Counted from the stretch's first letter, positions 40,949-52,100 are shown. The stretch: 57,844 nucleotides of DNA from Methylocystaceae bacterium (GCA_900299115.1 OMIO01000160.1:1-57844); one strand, 5' to 3'. Notes: generated by a model not told the origin, from the letters alone. Translations and numbers: made by a program.

Positions 40949-42037
40949 TTAAATCGCGAGGCCTATAACAAGCTCCGCCAATCGTTCAGCGGCATCCGCT
41001 ACGCCAACTTCCCGCGCCGCATACGCTCTTTGGATAAGAGAATCCGGCTTCTCAATCAATTCAGCAAGCCGCTGAGTTAAGAAAGTTTGCGTGAAATCAT
41101 TCTGCCGCACTGTCTCGGCTGCACCAGCTTGCGTTAGGAACGCCGCATTAGCCGCCTGATCCTGATCAAGGGCATGCGGCAAAGGCACTAACATCGCAGG
41201 TCGACCAATAACTGCGAGCTCAGATACAGTAGACGCGCCAGCCCTAGAGATTACAAAATGCGCATTGGCGATACGCGCAGGAAGATCATTAAAAAAGGGT
41301 GACACTTCTGACATTATGCCGGCACGCGCATAAATCTCCTTTACACGAGAAAGATCTTCTTCACGCGCTTGCTGAACTACATTTAGACGCTGACGCAAAT
41401 CGGCCGATAAAGCTGCGAGAGCATCGGGCACAATGTCGGACATAACGCGCGCGCCTTGAGATCCACCCGTCACCAATAAATGAAAAACGCCTTGCGATAT
41501 GTCTGGGAAGGGACGCCGAGAAGCCGCCAAAACATTTGGCCGAACTGGATTTCCAGTAAAAACAATTTTATCTCGCCAAGCGGGGGCGGTTTGTAAGTTT
41601 GATAAGCCCGCAGCAATTTTATCAACGCGCCCTGCAAGAAAATAATTCGCCTTTCCCATAACTCCGTTCGATTCATGCAGCACAGCTGGAATACCAAGAA
41701 ATGTGGCAGCCAATATTGGCGGCACTGTCGGGTAGCCGCCAAAACCAATAACCGCCCGTGGCTTACGTTTACGCAAGAGAGCGACAGCAAGCGCCACGCC
41801 TTGCGCCAATTGAGCAACTGCCTGCGCTCGCGCGATGAGTGAGCCGCCCCGTGGCGTTCCCGCTGGTAGGGTATGTATCGCTCGTGCTGGAAAAACATCG
41901 CCATAACGCAAAGCGCGCGCATCGGTAACAAGCTCAACCTCTACGCGACGTGATGCGAGCGCATGCGCCAAAGCCTCCGCGGGAAAGAGATGCCCGCCTG
42001 TACCACCAGCAGCAAGAAAGATTGCTTTATCGCTCAT
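40949..42037 (-). CDS. murG: undecaprenyldiphospho-muramoylpentapeptide N-acetylglucosaminyltransferase
   Basis: GGTGGH, GFGGY, TGNPVR, GGSQGA, RAGAST.SE, DQ..NA. Confidence 0.97.
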   Translation of the reverse strand: MSDKAIFLAAGGTGGHLFPAEALAHALASRRVEVELVTDARALRYGDVFPARAIHTLPAGTPRGGSLIARAQAVAQLAQGVALAVALLRKRKPRAVIGFGGYPTVPPILAATFLGIPAVLHESNGVMGKANYFLAGRVDKIAAGLSNLQTAPAWRDKIVFTGNPVRPNVLAASRRPFPDISQGVFHLLVTGGSQGARVMSDIVPDALAALSADLRQRLNVVQQAREEDLSRVKEIYARAGIMSEVSPFFNDLPARIANAHFVISRAGASTVSELAVIGRPAMLVPLPHALDQDQAANAAFLTQAGAAETVRQNDFTQTFLTQRLAELIEKPDSLIQRAYAAREVGVADAAERLAELVIGLAI

Positions 42038-42038
42038 C

Positions 42039-43193
42039 TCAACCAACCGCTGGCTGCGGTTGAAATCTAGTCTCTGTTAATATCCTTGTGCGCGGCCTCT
42101 TTCGGGTGACAGCAAGCAAAAAACCCATGCCCAGCGATAATGAAATAAGCGACGAGCCGCCATAAGAAACAAAAGGTAAAGTCATTCCCTTAGCAGGCAT
42201 TAAATGCACATTAACCGCCATATTAATCAAACTCTGCAACCCAAAAAGCATCACTAATCCCGCTGTCGCAAAGCGACAAAAAGGGTCTTCATTGCGCGCC
42301 GCAGAAAACAACCCGCGCACAACAATGAAGGCAAAAAGTAAAGCTAATGCAATACAAATGATCACACCAAATTCTTCGCCGATTACCGCAAAAATAAAAT
42401 CAGTATGCGAGTCTGGCAAAATACGCTTGACTGTGCCTTCTCCCGGCCCCTTACCAAACCAAGATCCTGCAATAAAACTTTCTAACGCAGTTTCGGATTG
42501 GAAATTAGTTGGAACGCCCGCGACTGGGGCGGGCGGCTCAAGAAACGCCTCAATTCGAGCGTGCACATGAGGGACAAATCTATAAGCAAGCAATGCTGCC
42601 GCGCCTGCAAGACCGCCTAAGCCTACAACCCAAACCAGATGGAGTCCCGCCATGAAAAACAATGCGCCCCAAACAATCGTAATTAGCATTGTTTGTCCAA
42701 AATCAGGCTGTAAAACAAGCGGCGTGATTGTTAAAGGAAAAAGTAAAACGGCAATCAAAGTGCCCGGGACGTCTTTTCTCCGCGCGCCCTCCGAAAAAGC
42801 CCAAGCAACCATCACAACAAAAGCTGGCTTGAGAAACTCTGACGGCTGCACCCCAAATAGCCATCGCCGCGCTCCCTTCACTTCTTGTCCAAAGAATAAA
42901 GTTGCTATGACGAGACCCAAAGAGAGAAGAAAGATCACTAAAGCAGCGCGCCTGACATGGCGTGGAGATAGAAGCGATGCGGCAAGCATAACCGCTAGCG
43001 CTGGAAAAAGATAAGCAACCTGTCGATTCACAAAATGGAAAGTGGCTAGGTGTAAGCGTTCAGCAACAGGCGGGCTCCCAGCCATTGCAAAAACGAGCCC
43101 AGAGATAATAAGCAAAGCGATTGCCGCCAACAACCAACGATCAATCGTCCAGGCCCAATCTGAAAAAGGCGTTCGCTCCGCACGCGAAATCAT
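42039..43193 (-). CDS. ftsW: SEDS peptidoglycan polymerase FtsW
   Basis: GARRW, QPSEF.K, QPDFG, PDSHTDFIF...GEE.G, KGMTLPF.SYGGSS. Confidence 0.96.
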   Translation of the reverse strand: MISRAERTPFSDWAWTIDRWLLAAIALLIISGLVFAMAGSPPVAERLHLATFHFVNRQVAYLFPALAVMLAASLLSPRHVRRAALVIFLLSLGLVIATLFFGQEVKGARRWLFGVQPSEFLKPAFVVMVAWAFSEGARRKDVPGTLIAVLLFPLTITPLVLQPDFGQTMLITIVWGALFFMAGLHLVWVVGLGGLAGAAALLAYRFVPHVHARIEAFLEPPAPVAGVPTNFQSETALESFIAGSWFGKGPGEGTVKRILPDSHTDFIFAVIGEEFGVIICIALALLFAFIVVRGLFSAARNEDPFCRFATAGLVMLFGLQSLINMAVNVHLMPAKGMTLPFVSYGGSSLISLSLGMGFLLAVTRKRPRTRILTETRFQPQPAVG

Positions 43194-44617
43194 CTTGCTT
43201 CTCCTCTACGCGCCGCAAGAATAGCCGGCAATCCATTTACTAAATTACGGAATGCGTTTCCTCGCATTTCAAAATTAACAAACTGGTCATATGATGCGCA
43301 GGCTGGCGACAACAACACAACAGGCTCAGGCGCATCGCTCTCCAGCGCATCGACAGCCGCTGAAGTTAAGGCGACATCTAAAGTTTTACACCGCTCATAG
43401 GGCAAAACGCCCTCAAGCGTACGAGCAAAATCATCGCTCGCCGCCCCAATTAAATAAGCCTTTCGAATACGCGAAAAATAGGATTTTAAGGGCTCAATTC
43501 CGCCTTCTTTAGATTTGCCGCCTAGGATCCAATAGATTTCTGTAAAACTCTGTAAAGCCTTCTCCGCCGCATCTGCATTGGTCGCCTTCGAGTCATTTAC
43601 AAAGAGCACACGTTCTATTTTTGTTATCTCTTCCATTCGATGCGGCAGCCCTGGGAAACTTAAAATTCCGGCAGCGATTTCATCATCTTCAAGACCACAC
43701 TCCCAAGCCACTGCACAGGCAAAAGCCGCATTTTGTGCATTATGCATCCCCCGCAACGCCCGCGCGCCGTCGAGTTTAGCGATTAATTCAGCCTCCTCAG
43801 GACCCTTTCCTTGTCCGCGATAAAAAATCGCTCCCTGATCAACGTAAAAACCCCAATCAAGCACGCGCTGGAAGGAGACGGGCAACACGCGTTGCTCAGA
43901 CAGAGCCTTACCTGATAGGCGCGCGCCAATTGCATGCGTAAAATTATCATCAACGCCAAGCAAAGCAACATCTGCCCTAGCAACAAGGCGTTCTTTTACA
44001 TCAGCATAATTTTCCATAGTGCCGTGACGATCAATATGGTCAGGCGTAAGATTAATTAACACGCCAATCGACGGCTTAAGCGAGGGAGAAAGATCAATCT
44101 GAAATGAAGAACATTCTATAACATGAATATGTTCCTCGCTTGGCGGCGCAAGATCAAGGATTGGCACGCCGATATTGCCTCCTAACTGCACATCACGCCC
44201 AGCTTGCCGAAGAATATGCGCGATCAACGCCGTCGTTGTTGATTTGCCATTTGTCCCAGTAATTGCAATGAACGGCGCGCCAGGCGCGCGTGCGGCTCGT
44301 TCCCGACAAAATAATTCAATATCGCCGATGATTTCTACACCAGCCGCTTTAGCGCGCTGAGCGGTCCAATGAGGTTCAGGATGCGTAAGCGGCACTCCTG
44401 GCGATAGAATGAGCGCATCAAAACGCGACCAATCAGCCCGTGCGAGGTCCTCTAAAGCAACGCCCTGCTCGACGGCCTTTAATCTACCAGCCTCGCCATC
44501 ATCCCACGCACACACAGTTGCGCCGCCTGCGATAAGCGCTTTTGCGGTCGACAGGCCTGATCCCCCCAACCCAAACAATGCAACTGTTTTACCTTTGAAT
44601 GTCGAAACTGGCGTCAT
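43190..44617 (-). CDS. murD: UDP-N-acetylmuramoyl-L-alanine--D-glutamate ligase
   Basis: GLGGSG, SPGVP, TGTNGKSTT, E.SSFQ, NDSKATN, LSPACAS.DQF. Confidence 0.97.
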   Translation of the reverse strand: MTPVSTFKGKTVALFGLGGSGLSTAKALIAGGATVCAWDDGEAGRLKAVEQGVALEDLARADWSRFDALILSPGVPLTHPEPHWTAQRAKAAGVEIIGDIELFCRERAARAPGAPFIAITGTNGKSTTTALIAHILRQAGRDVQLGGNIGVPILDLAPPSEEHIHVIECSSFQIDLSPSLKPSIGVLINLTPDHIDRHGTMENYADVKERLVARADVALLGVDDNFTHAIGARLSGKALSEQRVLPVSFQRVLDWGFYVDQGAIFYRGQGKGPEEAELIAKLDGARALRGMHNAQNAAFACAVAWECGLEDDEIAAGILSFPGLPHRMEEITKIERVLFVNDSKATNADAAEKALQSFTEIYWILGGKSKEGGIEPLKSYFSRIRKAYLIGAASDDFARTLEGVLPYERCKTLDVALTSAAVDALESDAPEPVVLLSPACASYDQFVNFEMRGNAFRNLVNGLPAILAARRGEAR

Positions 44618-44619
44618 AC

Positions 44620-45702
44620 CTATCTCAATTTTAAAGTTGCAAGACCCACGAGCGCGAGAACAAATGAGATAATCCAAAAACGAATAACAATTTGCGGCTC
44701 TTTCCAGCCTTTCTGTTCAAAATGATGATGGATCGGAGCCATCAAAAAAATACGCTTGCCCGTAAGCTTAAAATAAATCACCTGAATAATGACCGATGCG
44801 CCCTCAAGGACAAATAACCCACCCACGATAACAAGCACGAATTCTTGCTTAACGGCGACTGCAACCGTTCCAATCAAGCCGCCTAGCGCAAGCGATCCAG
44901 TATCTCCCATAAAAATCTGCGCAGGGGGCGCATTAAACCACAAGAATCCTAGGCCTGCGCCAATAAAAGCGGCGCAGACAATCGCCAACTCGCCCACTCC
45001 CGCAACATAATTAACGCCTAAGTAATTAGAAAAAATTGAATTACCTACAAGGTAGGCGAATATTGCAAATGTTCCGACGGCGATCATTGACGGCACGATC
45101 GCTAATCCATCTAAGCCGTCAGTTAGATTAACGCAGTTTCCTGCCGCAACGACAACGAATGCGCCAAATACGATAAAAAATACGCCGAGAGAACCAACAT
45201 ATCCTTTCACCAAAGGAATAGCGACATTCGTCATACCCTCGCCACCCACGAGCATCAGGAGATAACAAGCCAATCCAGCAACAGCAAATTCAAACGCTAA
45301 ACGCGCCTTACCAGAAAAGCCAGCATGCGATTGCTTCGTGACTTTCAAATAATCATCATAAAAGCCTATTAAGCCAAAAGCCGCCGTAACAAATAGCACA
45401 ATCCACACATAATAATTACGTAAATTCGCCCACAGCAAAGTTGCGGCGAACAAGCCTGAAAGAATCATAAGACCGCCCATCGTAGGCGTGCCCTTTTTAG
45501 TGATCAGATGCGAAGCTGGCCCATCTTCACGAATGGGCTGGCCCTTACCCTGCTTCAGTCGTAAATTATCGATAATATTAGGACCAAAAAAGAAAACGAA
45601 AAAAAGCGCTGTAGCTGCCGCCATAGCTGCGCGAAAGGTAATGTAGCGAAAGATGTTGAGCGGACCATAAAGATGGGTAAAATCCGCAAGCAATGTTAGC
45701 AT
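44620..45702 (-). CDS. mraY: phospho-N-acetylmuramoyl-pentapeptide transferase
   Basis: [38 protein letters not shown]. Confidence 0.97.
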   Translation of the reverse strand: MLTLLADFTHLYGPLNIFRYITFRAAMAAATALFFVFFFGPNIIDNLRLKQGKGQPIREDGPASHLITKKGTPTMGGLMILSGLFAATLLWANLRNYYVWIVLFVTAAFGLIGFYDDYLKVTKQSHAGFSGKARLAFEFAVAGLACYLLMLVGGEGMTNVAIPLVKGYVGSLGVFFIVFGAFVVVAAGNCVNLTDGLDGLAIVPSMIAVGTFAIFAYLVGNSIFSNYLGVNYVAGVGELAIVCAAFIGAGLGFLWFNAPPAQIFMGDTGSLALGGLIGTVAVAVKQEFVLVIVGGLFVLEGASVIIQVIYFKLTGKRIFLMAPIHHHFEQKGWKEPQIVIRFWIISFVLALVGLATLKLR

Positions 45703-45712
45703 TTAAATATCC

Positions 45713-47127
45713 TTAGCTCGCTGTAGTCGGATTAAAAGAGCGTTTTACTGCAGAAACAATCCGCGACATCCGCGAGCCGTTTGAGCCCTTAATCATCACA
45801 ATATCGCCAGGCTTAATCGCCGAGAGCACCGCTTCCTCTAACTCCTGGGCCGTCCGTCTATGCGCCGCGCGCATTGACTCAGGCGCAGCGTAAAATAGAT
45901 GCGACATTAAAGATCCAGCTGTGAAAAGCTGGTCAACTTTTCCTGCAATGAGATCCTGCGCAAGATCAGCATGAAGCATTATGGCATCAGGACCCAATTC
46001 AAGCATATCGCCCAAAATGACAATGCGCCGCCCGTATGGCGCGATCTCTGTAACGGCAAGCTGCTCAAGCGCCGCACGAATAGAAGTGGGATTTGCGTTG
46101 TAACTTTCATCAATTAAGGTGAAAGCGCCCGTTTTTGTTTCGATAAGCTCACGCTGACCTCTGCCTGATGGCGGGCGGAAGTTGATAAGCGTTTGCGCTG
46201 CTTCCGCCACATCCAAATCAAAGGCGACTGCGACTAAAAGCGCAGCGAGGGAATTTAACGCAAGATGTTTTCCAGGTGCGCCAATCCTATAGGAAATTCG
46301 CTTGCCAAATATCTCTGCCTCTACGTCGCTCACATCATCTTCGGATTTATAAGAAATTAATCGCGCCGCTTCACCAGTTTCACCAAATGTAAATACATGC
46401 GCAGCCTTGGTTTTTGCTGCTGAGATTAAACGATCGCTCAAAGCATCATCTCGATTAATGATCGCTACGCCGCCATCCAGACCAGAAAATATTTCCGACT
46501 TAGCGTCAGCAATACCCTCTATTGAATCAAAATTTTCGAGATGAACAGACGCAACCCGCGTGACCACTGCGACATGCGGACGAACTTGGGCGACTAATGA
46601 AGCGATTTCACCCGCATGATTCATGCCGATTTCAAACACGCCATAATTCGTTGAGGCAGGCATCCGCGTCAATGTCAGTGGGACACCCCAATGATTATTG
46701 TAAGACGCGACCGAGGCATGCGTGCGACCAAAATGCGCCAGCATGAGACCAGTCATTTCCTTCGTGGACGTTTTGCCCACCGAACCAGTTATAGCAGTAA
46801 TTAACGCGCTAGAACGCAGACGCGCGCGCAAGGCTAAACTTTCAAGAGCACGCTGAACATCCTTGACGACAAGAAGCGGGCCTACGCCTGAAATCTCTCC
46901 AATATGGCGCTCATCTACTACCGCTGTCGCAGCGCCATGTTCAAAAGCGCTGGGAACAAATTCATGACCATCTCGTGCGTCACCCTTAATGGCAAAAAAT
47001 AAATCTCCTTTTTTCAACGACCGCGTATCTATGGAAACGCCAAAACCTCTCGAGCGAGCCCGCCGCTTGCGCGCGCATTCAGCCCACTTATTAAAGCCAA
47101 TCCAGACCACAAGGGTTCGCGCTGCAC
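45713..47127 (-). CDS. murF: UDP-N-acetylmuramoyl-tripeptide--D-Ala-D-Ala ligase; N-terminus frameshifted at 47042-47045
   Basis: Body has GVSIDTR, TGSVGKTS, E.GMNH.GE, DESYNANP, KGSNG; the homologous N-terminus (EPLWSG...) lies in the murE frame. Confidence 0.9.
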
Positions 47128-48579
47128 TGCCGTCTCTTCACGAAGCAGTTGCTTGATTGTTTCATGATCTGAAAAGGGCAATGTCCGATCGCCAATAATT
47201 TGACCGGTTTCATGACCTTTTCCTGCGACAACAAGCGTGTCTCCCTCGCTTAATTGTTGCATCCCAATACGAATAGCCTCACGCCTGTCAGCAACTTCTA
47301 AAATTTTCATCGCATCGGAGTCATGCGCGCCACGGATAATTTCCGATCGAATATCAGTAGGATTTTCATTGCGCGGATTATCATCCGTCACAATAATCAC
47401 ATCAGCTTCCCGCGCCGCAATTTCACCCATTAGCGGACGCTTGCCGCGATCACGATCGCCGCCGCAGCCAAAAACAAGAATCAGTCGTTTGCGCGTCAAG
47501 GGTCTTAAGGCGCCTAACACCTTTTCCAGCGCATCAGGCTTATGCGCATAATCAACAAAAATTGGCGCGCCGTTAAATACGCCAATTCGTTCTAGGCGCC
47601 CCGGCGCGCCCTGCAATTTAGTCAATGCGCCAAAAACTTGATCTGCGCTTGCGCCGCAGACAATCGCGAGTCCAGCGGCGACAAGCGCATTCGATACTTG
47701 GAATGCGCCTGTAAGAGGTAATTCTATGGCATAATCTTGATCGCCATAAGTCAATCTAAGCTGTGTGGATAAAGAGCCGGTCCTTGTCTCTTGAATTTTG
47801 ATAGATTGACCATTAATTCCCACACTAAATATTTTTAATCCGCGATCACGACAAATGGTCATGACACGCTGCGCGACATCGCTATCTGAATCTATAACTA
47901 CATATTGACCCGGACTCATTAATGTATTGAATAGCCGCATTTTTGCAGCAAAATACTCAGCCATATCTTTGTGATGATCAAGATGATCTCTTGAAAAATT
48001 AGTAAAGGCCGCTGCAGTTAGAGAGACGCCATCAAGCCGACACTGCTCTATTCCTAAAGATGACGCTTCCATTGCAAGGTGCGTTACGCCGCGCATTGAT
48101 AGAGAATTTAACGTATCATGCAGCTCAACCGGACCCGGCGTCGTAAGGGAGCCATAATGCGCGCCCGAATTATCTATTACGCCAACAGTACCTAATGACG
48201 CAGCATTAATCCCCAAAATGCGCCAAATCTGTTGGAGAAACGAAACAACAGAAGTTTTGCCACTCGTGCCTGTAACAGCAACAATCGTATGTGGCTGATG
48301 CCCATAAAATCGAGAAGCCGCCTTAGCCAGTGCTGCGCGCACATCGTCGACTATAATTATTGGCAAATCACACGCAACGGCGCGTTGCGCAACGATTACA
48401 CACGCGCCACGCCTCTTTGCTTCTTCTACATAATTTATACCATCGCCGGCATGACCAGGAACTGCAAAAAATGCAAAGCCTTCACTCACCGTTCGGCTAT
48501 CGGCGCTAAGACCTAAAATCTCAACCAAACGCAACTCAGGCGGACATTGATTAGGCGCAAGAAGATCAACCAGGAGCAT
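47029..48579 (-). CDS. murE: UDP-N-acetylmuramoyl-L-alanyl-D-glutamate--2,6-diaminopimelate ligase, read-through into MurF N-terminus
   Basis: TGTSGKTS, MEASS, DYAHKPD, GCGGDRD..KR, DNPR (mDAP specificity), AGKGHE. Confidence 0.95.
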   Translation of the reverse strand: MLLVDLLAPNQCPPELRLVEILGLSADSRTVSEGFAFFAVPGHAGDGINYVEEAKRRGACVIVAQRAVACDLPIIIVDDVRAALAKAASRFYGHQPHTIVAVTGTSGKTSVVSFLQQIWRILGINAASLGTVGVIDNSGAHYGSLTTPGPVELHDTLNSLSMRGVTHLAMEASSLGIEQCRLDGVSLTAAAFTNFSRDHLDHHKDMAEYFAAKMRLFNTLMSPGQYVVIDSDSDVAQRVMTICRDRGLKIFSVGINGQSIKIQETRTGSLSTQLRLTYGDQDYAIELPLTGAFQVSNALVAAGLAIVCGASADQVFGALTKLQGAPGRLERIGVFNGAPIFVDYAHKPDALEKVLGALRPLTRKRLILVFGCGGDRDRGKRPLMGEIAAREADVIIVTDDNPRNENPTDIRSEIIRGAHDSDAMKILEVADRREAIRIGMQQLSEGDTLVVAGKGHETGQIIGDRTLPFSDHETIKQLLREETAVQREPLWSGLALISGLNARASGGLAREVLAFP

Positions 48580-50363
48580 TAGTGTTTTGCGCCTCCAACA
48601 GCTGGCGTATTCGCTATGCCATAACCCAGTTTCGCTAAAAGAGGGAAAGGTTCATGGGGCGGCTCAAATCTTGGCGCCAAACCCAACACTGGGCCAACCC
48701 GCTGAATAATCTGCCCTGTCACATAACCTGAATTATAAGCCGCCGTCGCATATCCACCGGTTTCCGGCAAACCTTGCGGCTCATCCATGATTGTCAAGAA
48801 AAGATACTTTGGCTGATCTGACGGCGCGACCGCCATGAAGGTGGTAAAGAGACGCGTTTTCGAATAGCGGCCATTGATAACCTTTTCAGCTGTGCCTGTC
48901 TTTCCTCCAACAAAGTAACCATCAATATCCACTTTTTTTGCCGTGCCAATTTCAGCATTTAAGCGCATAAGATAACGCATCGCTTCGCTTGTCTCTGCTT
49001 TAATAACCTGCTCAGCGTTCTTCTTGGCCTCTTCCTCGCTCCGCTTAAGGAAAGTTGGTGTATTCATATATCCACCATTCATCAATGCGCTTACCGCCAT
49101 CATCGCTTGCAAAGGCGCGACCGCAAGACCATGGCCAAAAGCGATCGTCATTGTATTGAGTTCGCCCCAATTTTTAGGAACAATTGGTTCGGCGCTCTCA
49201 GGTAATTCGGTTCGCATTCTCGTGAGCTGGCCTAATTTTTTTAAAAAAGCCTTATGTTTTTCCACGCCCTGGCCCATAGCCATACGCGCAGTGCCAACAT
49301 TAGAGGAATATGTGAATACCTCTGGCACTGTTAAGGCGCGGTTTTGCGCGTGGTAATCATGAATTTTGAAACGACCAAAGGATAAAGCGCCTGACGCGTC
49401 TAGCTTTGAATTAAGATTAAGCTTCCCTGAGTCGAGCGCCATTGCAATCGTCAAAGCCTTAAACGTTGAGCCCATTTCATAGACGCCAACATTCATTCGA
49501 TTTATATGATTTGGATCTAGCGCATCCGTTGGCTTGTTTGGATCATAATCCGGCAAAGACGCCAGAGCGACAATCTCGCCTGTATTCACATCCATGATTG
49601 CCGCCGCGCCCGCTTTTGCTTTAAAATGCTCAACGCCTTTCTCCAATTCATCCCGCAAGGCATGTGTCGCACGAATATCGAGAGAAAGAGCAATAGGCTT
49701 GAGGTCGCCAGGAGTCGCAGCAAATCCCATGTTGTGAAGATCAGCCAAACCTTGCCCATCTATATATTTTTCAATTCCAGCAATGCCGGCATTGTCAATA
49801 TTTGCAAAGCCTAAAACATGCGCGCCAATTGGGCCATTAGGATAAACCCGCTTATTTTCGGCTATGAGCCCAACGCCAGGCAGACCCAAATGAAAGACCT
49901 CATCACGTTGATGAGACGTGACCTCGCGCTTTACCCAAACAAAACCCTTCTTAGCGCCAAGTCGTTCCCGCAAATCACGAGAATCGATGTCAGGAAGCAC
50001 CGCAGTGAGCAGCTCCGTGGCTTCATCTTTATCAATCAGCCGCCGGGGTTCTGCAAAAACAGACATAACCTTAACATCGCTCGCAAGCACTTCGCCATTC
50101 CGATCAACAATATCTGGACGCGATGCAGATACTGCTTGCGCGGCGGCACGCCGACTTGTCGCCGGATCTGGCTTGAACCCAAGATAGATTAACCGGCCGC
50201 AAATCGCGCCATAGAGGACTAAAAACCCAAGAGCGGCAAAGCGCATACGCGGCGCGCTAGCGGCGAAACGGGTGGAAAACATATGCCTTAGAAATTTTTT
50301 TTCGGCCATGCTTTTGACTGAGCGGCGAGTCTTGAGATTTGTCTCTGGCAGGTTTTGCATCAT
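48579..50363 (-). CDS. ftsI: division-specific class B penicillin-binding protein
   Basis: R.DI.DRNG, R.YP.G, G..GIE, STFK, SSN, KTGT motifs. Confidence 0.95.
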   Translation of the reverse strand: MMQNLPETNLKTRRSVKSMAEKKFLRHMFSTRFAASAPRMRFAALGFLVLYGAICGRLIYLGFKPDPATSRRAAAQAVSASRPDIVDRNGEVLASDVKVMSVFAEPRRLIDKDEATELLTAVLPDIDSRDLRERLGAKKGFVWVKREVTSHQRDEVFHLGLPGVGLIAENKRVYPNGPIGAHVLGFANIDNAGIAGIEKYIDGQGLADLHNMGFAATPGDLKPIALSLDIRATHALRDELEKGVEHFKAKAGAAAIMDVNTGEIVALASLPDYDPNKPTDALDPNHINRMNVGVYEMGSTFKALTIAMALDSGKLNLNSKLDASGALSFGRFKIHDYHAQNRALTVPEVFTYSSNVGTARMAMGQGVEKHKAFLKKLGQLTRMRTELPESAEPIVPKNWGELNTMTIAFGHGLAVAPLQAMMAVSALMNGGYMNTPTFLKRSEEEAKKNAEQVIKAETSEAMRYLMRLNAEIGTAKKVDIDGYFVGGKTGTAEKVINGRYSKTRLFTTFMAVAPSDQPKYLFLTIMDEPQGLPETGGYATAAYNSGYVTGQIIQRVGPVLGLAPRFEPPHEPFPLLAKLGYGIANTPAVGGAKH

Positions 50364-50845
50364 GGTTTTTTATGCTCTTGGCTTAATACGCGCTCAGAAC
50401 CAGAAACCGGTCCTTCACTTAACGCCTGCGACTTAGTTGTTGGGGGTAGTGTTTTTGATCCGTTAGCGATTGTTGTATTCACTGACGCTTGTGATGTAAC
50501 CGGCGGCGTAGCGGCAAGACCCAGCCCTAAAGCGTCTAGCTTGCCGCCAATCATATCTGTCCGAGCCGCCTTATCTGGCAAAGCTGTCGCGATAATGAGC
50601 TGTTTGACATCAAGCGGCTTAAAATCGGTCAAATATTGGTCTGCTAACTGCTGAAGTCGCTCAGGCCTGGTCATATAGGCCCACTCCGCGCGTAAAACAG
50701 CGATCGCATCGGACTCTGCTTTAATTTCAATTTTAGTTTTAGCAATTTGTTCAGCGCGATAGCTTGTTTGATATTTAATTGTGTAGGCGTAGACCGCCGA
50801 GCCAATGAGCGCCGCAATCGCGACAAGATTGAGAAAACGCAACAT
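50360..50845 (-). CDS. ftsL: cell division protein FtsL-like
   Basis: N-terminal TM, coiled coil, LRAEWAY..RPERL; between rsmH and ftsI. Confidence 0.8.
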   Translation of the reverse strand: MLRFLNLVAIAALIGSAVYAYTIKYQTSYRAEQIAKTKIEIKAESDAIAVLRAEWAYMTRPERLQQLADQYLTDFKPLDVKQLIIATALPDKAARTDMIGGKLDALGLGLAATPPVTSQASVNTTIANGSKTLPPTTKSQALSEGPVSGSERVLSQEHKKP

Positions 50846-51879
50846 TAATTTTTTCCTCTGTCCTGCATTGGCAATCTTGTAATCTGCTCTAAACGATTGG
50901 AAATGGGCAATGAGGGCGCTTCAGTACGTATGGCGAAACGCAACTTTGCAGAGCGCGCGCGCGGATTAGCATGGATTTCTGAAACCGACGGCACTATTGG
51001 TTGACGCCCCAAGCTTTGAAAACTTGGACGAGGCGGCGCTTCCTCTCCGGGCAGTCGCCGAGATCCTGTTTCACCGCGCCCGCATCGCTCAGAAAAGAAT
51101 AATTTTACAATACGATCCTCAAGCGAGTGAAAGCTCACAATTGCTAAACGTCCACCAGGAGCCAAGACCTTCTCCGCGCCTGCAAGCCCCGCCAACAATT
51201 CTTCAAGCTCATTGTTCACTGCGATGCGCAGAGCCTGAAAACTTTTTGTTGCGGGATGGATATCGCTAGAGCGATTTGGCGCGACGCGCTCAATTAGACC
51301 TGCAAGAGATTTCGTGGTGAGGAAAGGCGCTTGCTTACGGTCGTGAACGATTGCGCGCGCTATTCGTCGCGCAGCGCGTTCTTCCCCAAAGAAATAAAAG
51401 ATATCCGCAAGAGCGTCTTCATCCCAAGTGTTGACGATGTCCGCAGCGCTCAACCCACGCCCTTCCATACGCATATCTAACGGACCATCGCCTCGAAAAG
51501 AAAAACCTCGCGCCGCTTCATCAAATTGCATCGAGGAAACGCCAACATCAAAAACAACGCCATCAAGCGGCGCAAAATTGCGATCAAGAGCAATTTTATC
51601 CAGCTGAGAAAAACGCGATTCAATCAAACAGAGCCGATCTTGAGTGGATCTAACCCAGTCGCCTGCTCCGGCTATGGCGATAGGATCCCGATCAAAAGCC
51701 AAGACGCGCGTTTGCGGATAAGCTAAAATCGCGCGGGTATAGCCTCCTGCGCCAAAAGTGCCATCAACAAATCTCCCGCCACGCTCTGGCGCAAGCGCCA
51801 TGATCGCTTCATCTCGTAAAACGGCAATATGTCGCAGATCTTTATTCAGCGTTTGATCAGTTGGCGCGCCGCGGCCCAT
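50845..51879 (-). CDS. rsmH: 16S rRNA m4C1402 methyltransferase
   Basis: HIAVL, DGTFGAGGY, D.GVSSMQ.D, LDMRM, FQALRIAVN.E, FHSLEDR, NPRARSAKLR; ATG 51879 follows GGGAGG. Confidence 0.96.
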   Translation of the reverse strand: MGRGAPTDQTLNKDLRHIAVLRDEAIMALAPERGGRFVDGTFGAGGYTRAILAYPQTRVLAFDRDPIAIAGAGDWVRSTQDRLCLIESRFSQLDKIALDRNFAPLDGVVFDVGVSSMQFDEAARGFSFRGDGPLDMRMEGRGLSAADIVNTWDEDALADIFYFFGEERAARRIARAIVHDRKQAPFLTTKSLAGLIERVAPNRSSDIHPATKSFQALRIAVNNELEELLAGLAGAEKVLAPGGRLAIVSFHSLEDRIVKLFFSERCGRGETGSRRLPGEEAPPRPSFQSLGRQPIVPSVSEIHANPRARSAKLRFAIRTEAPSLPISNRLEQITRLPMQDRGKN

Positions 51880-52100
51880 TGTCTTCGACCTCCCCCTCTC
51901 GCGCCTCAACCGTCCTAGAGCTCGAACGCTCCGCAAGGATGTCACCTGGACTGACGCTGCCCGCACAGCGCAATGCCGCATCGGCGTAAAATTTCTTTGC
52001 GAAGTGAGACGAAACGCCATGAAGTTTCTGATGATCTCGACGTAACGGCTATCAGCCGAAGCGCCATGTTGGCGCTCCGCTCTATTAGGCTTTGTTAGTG

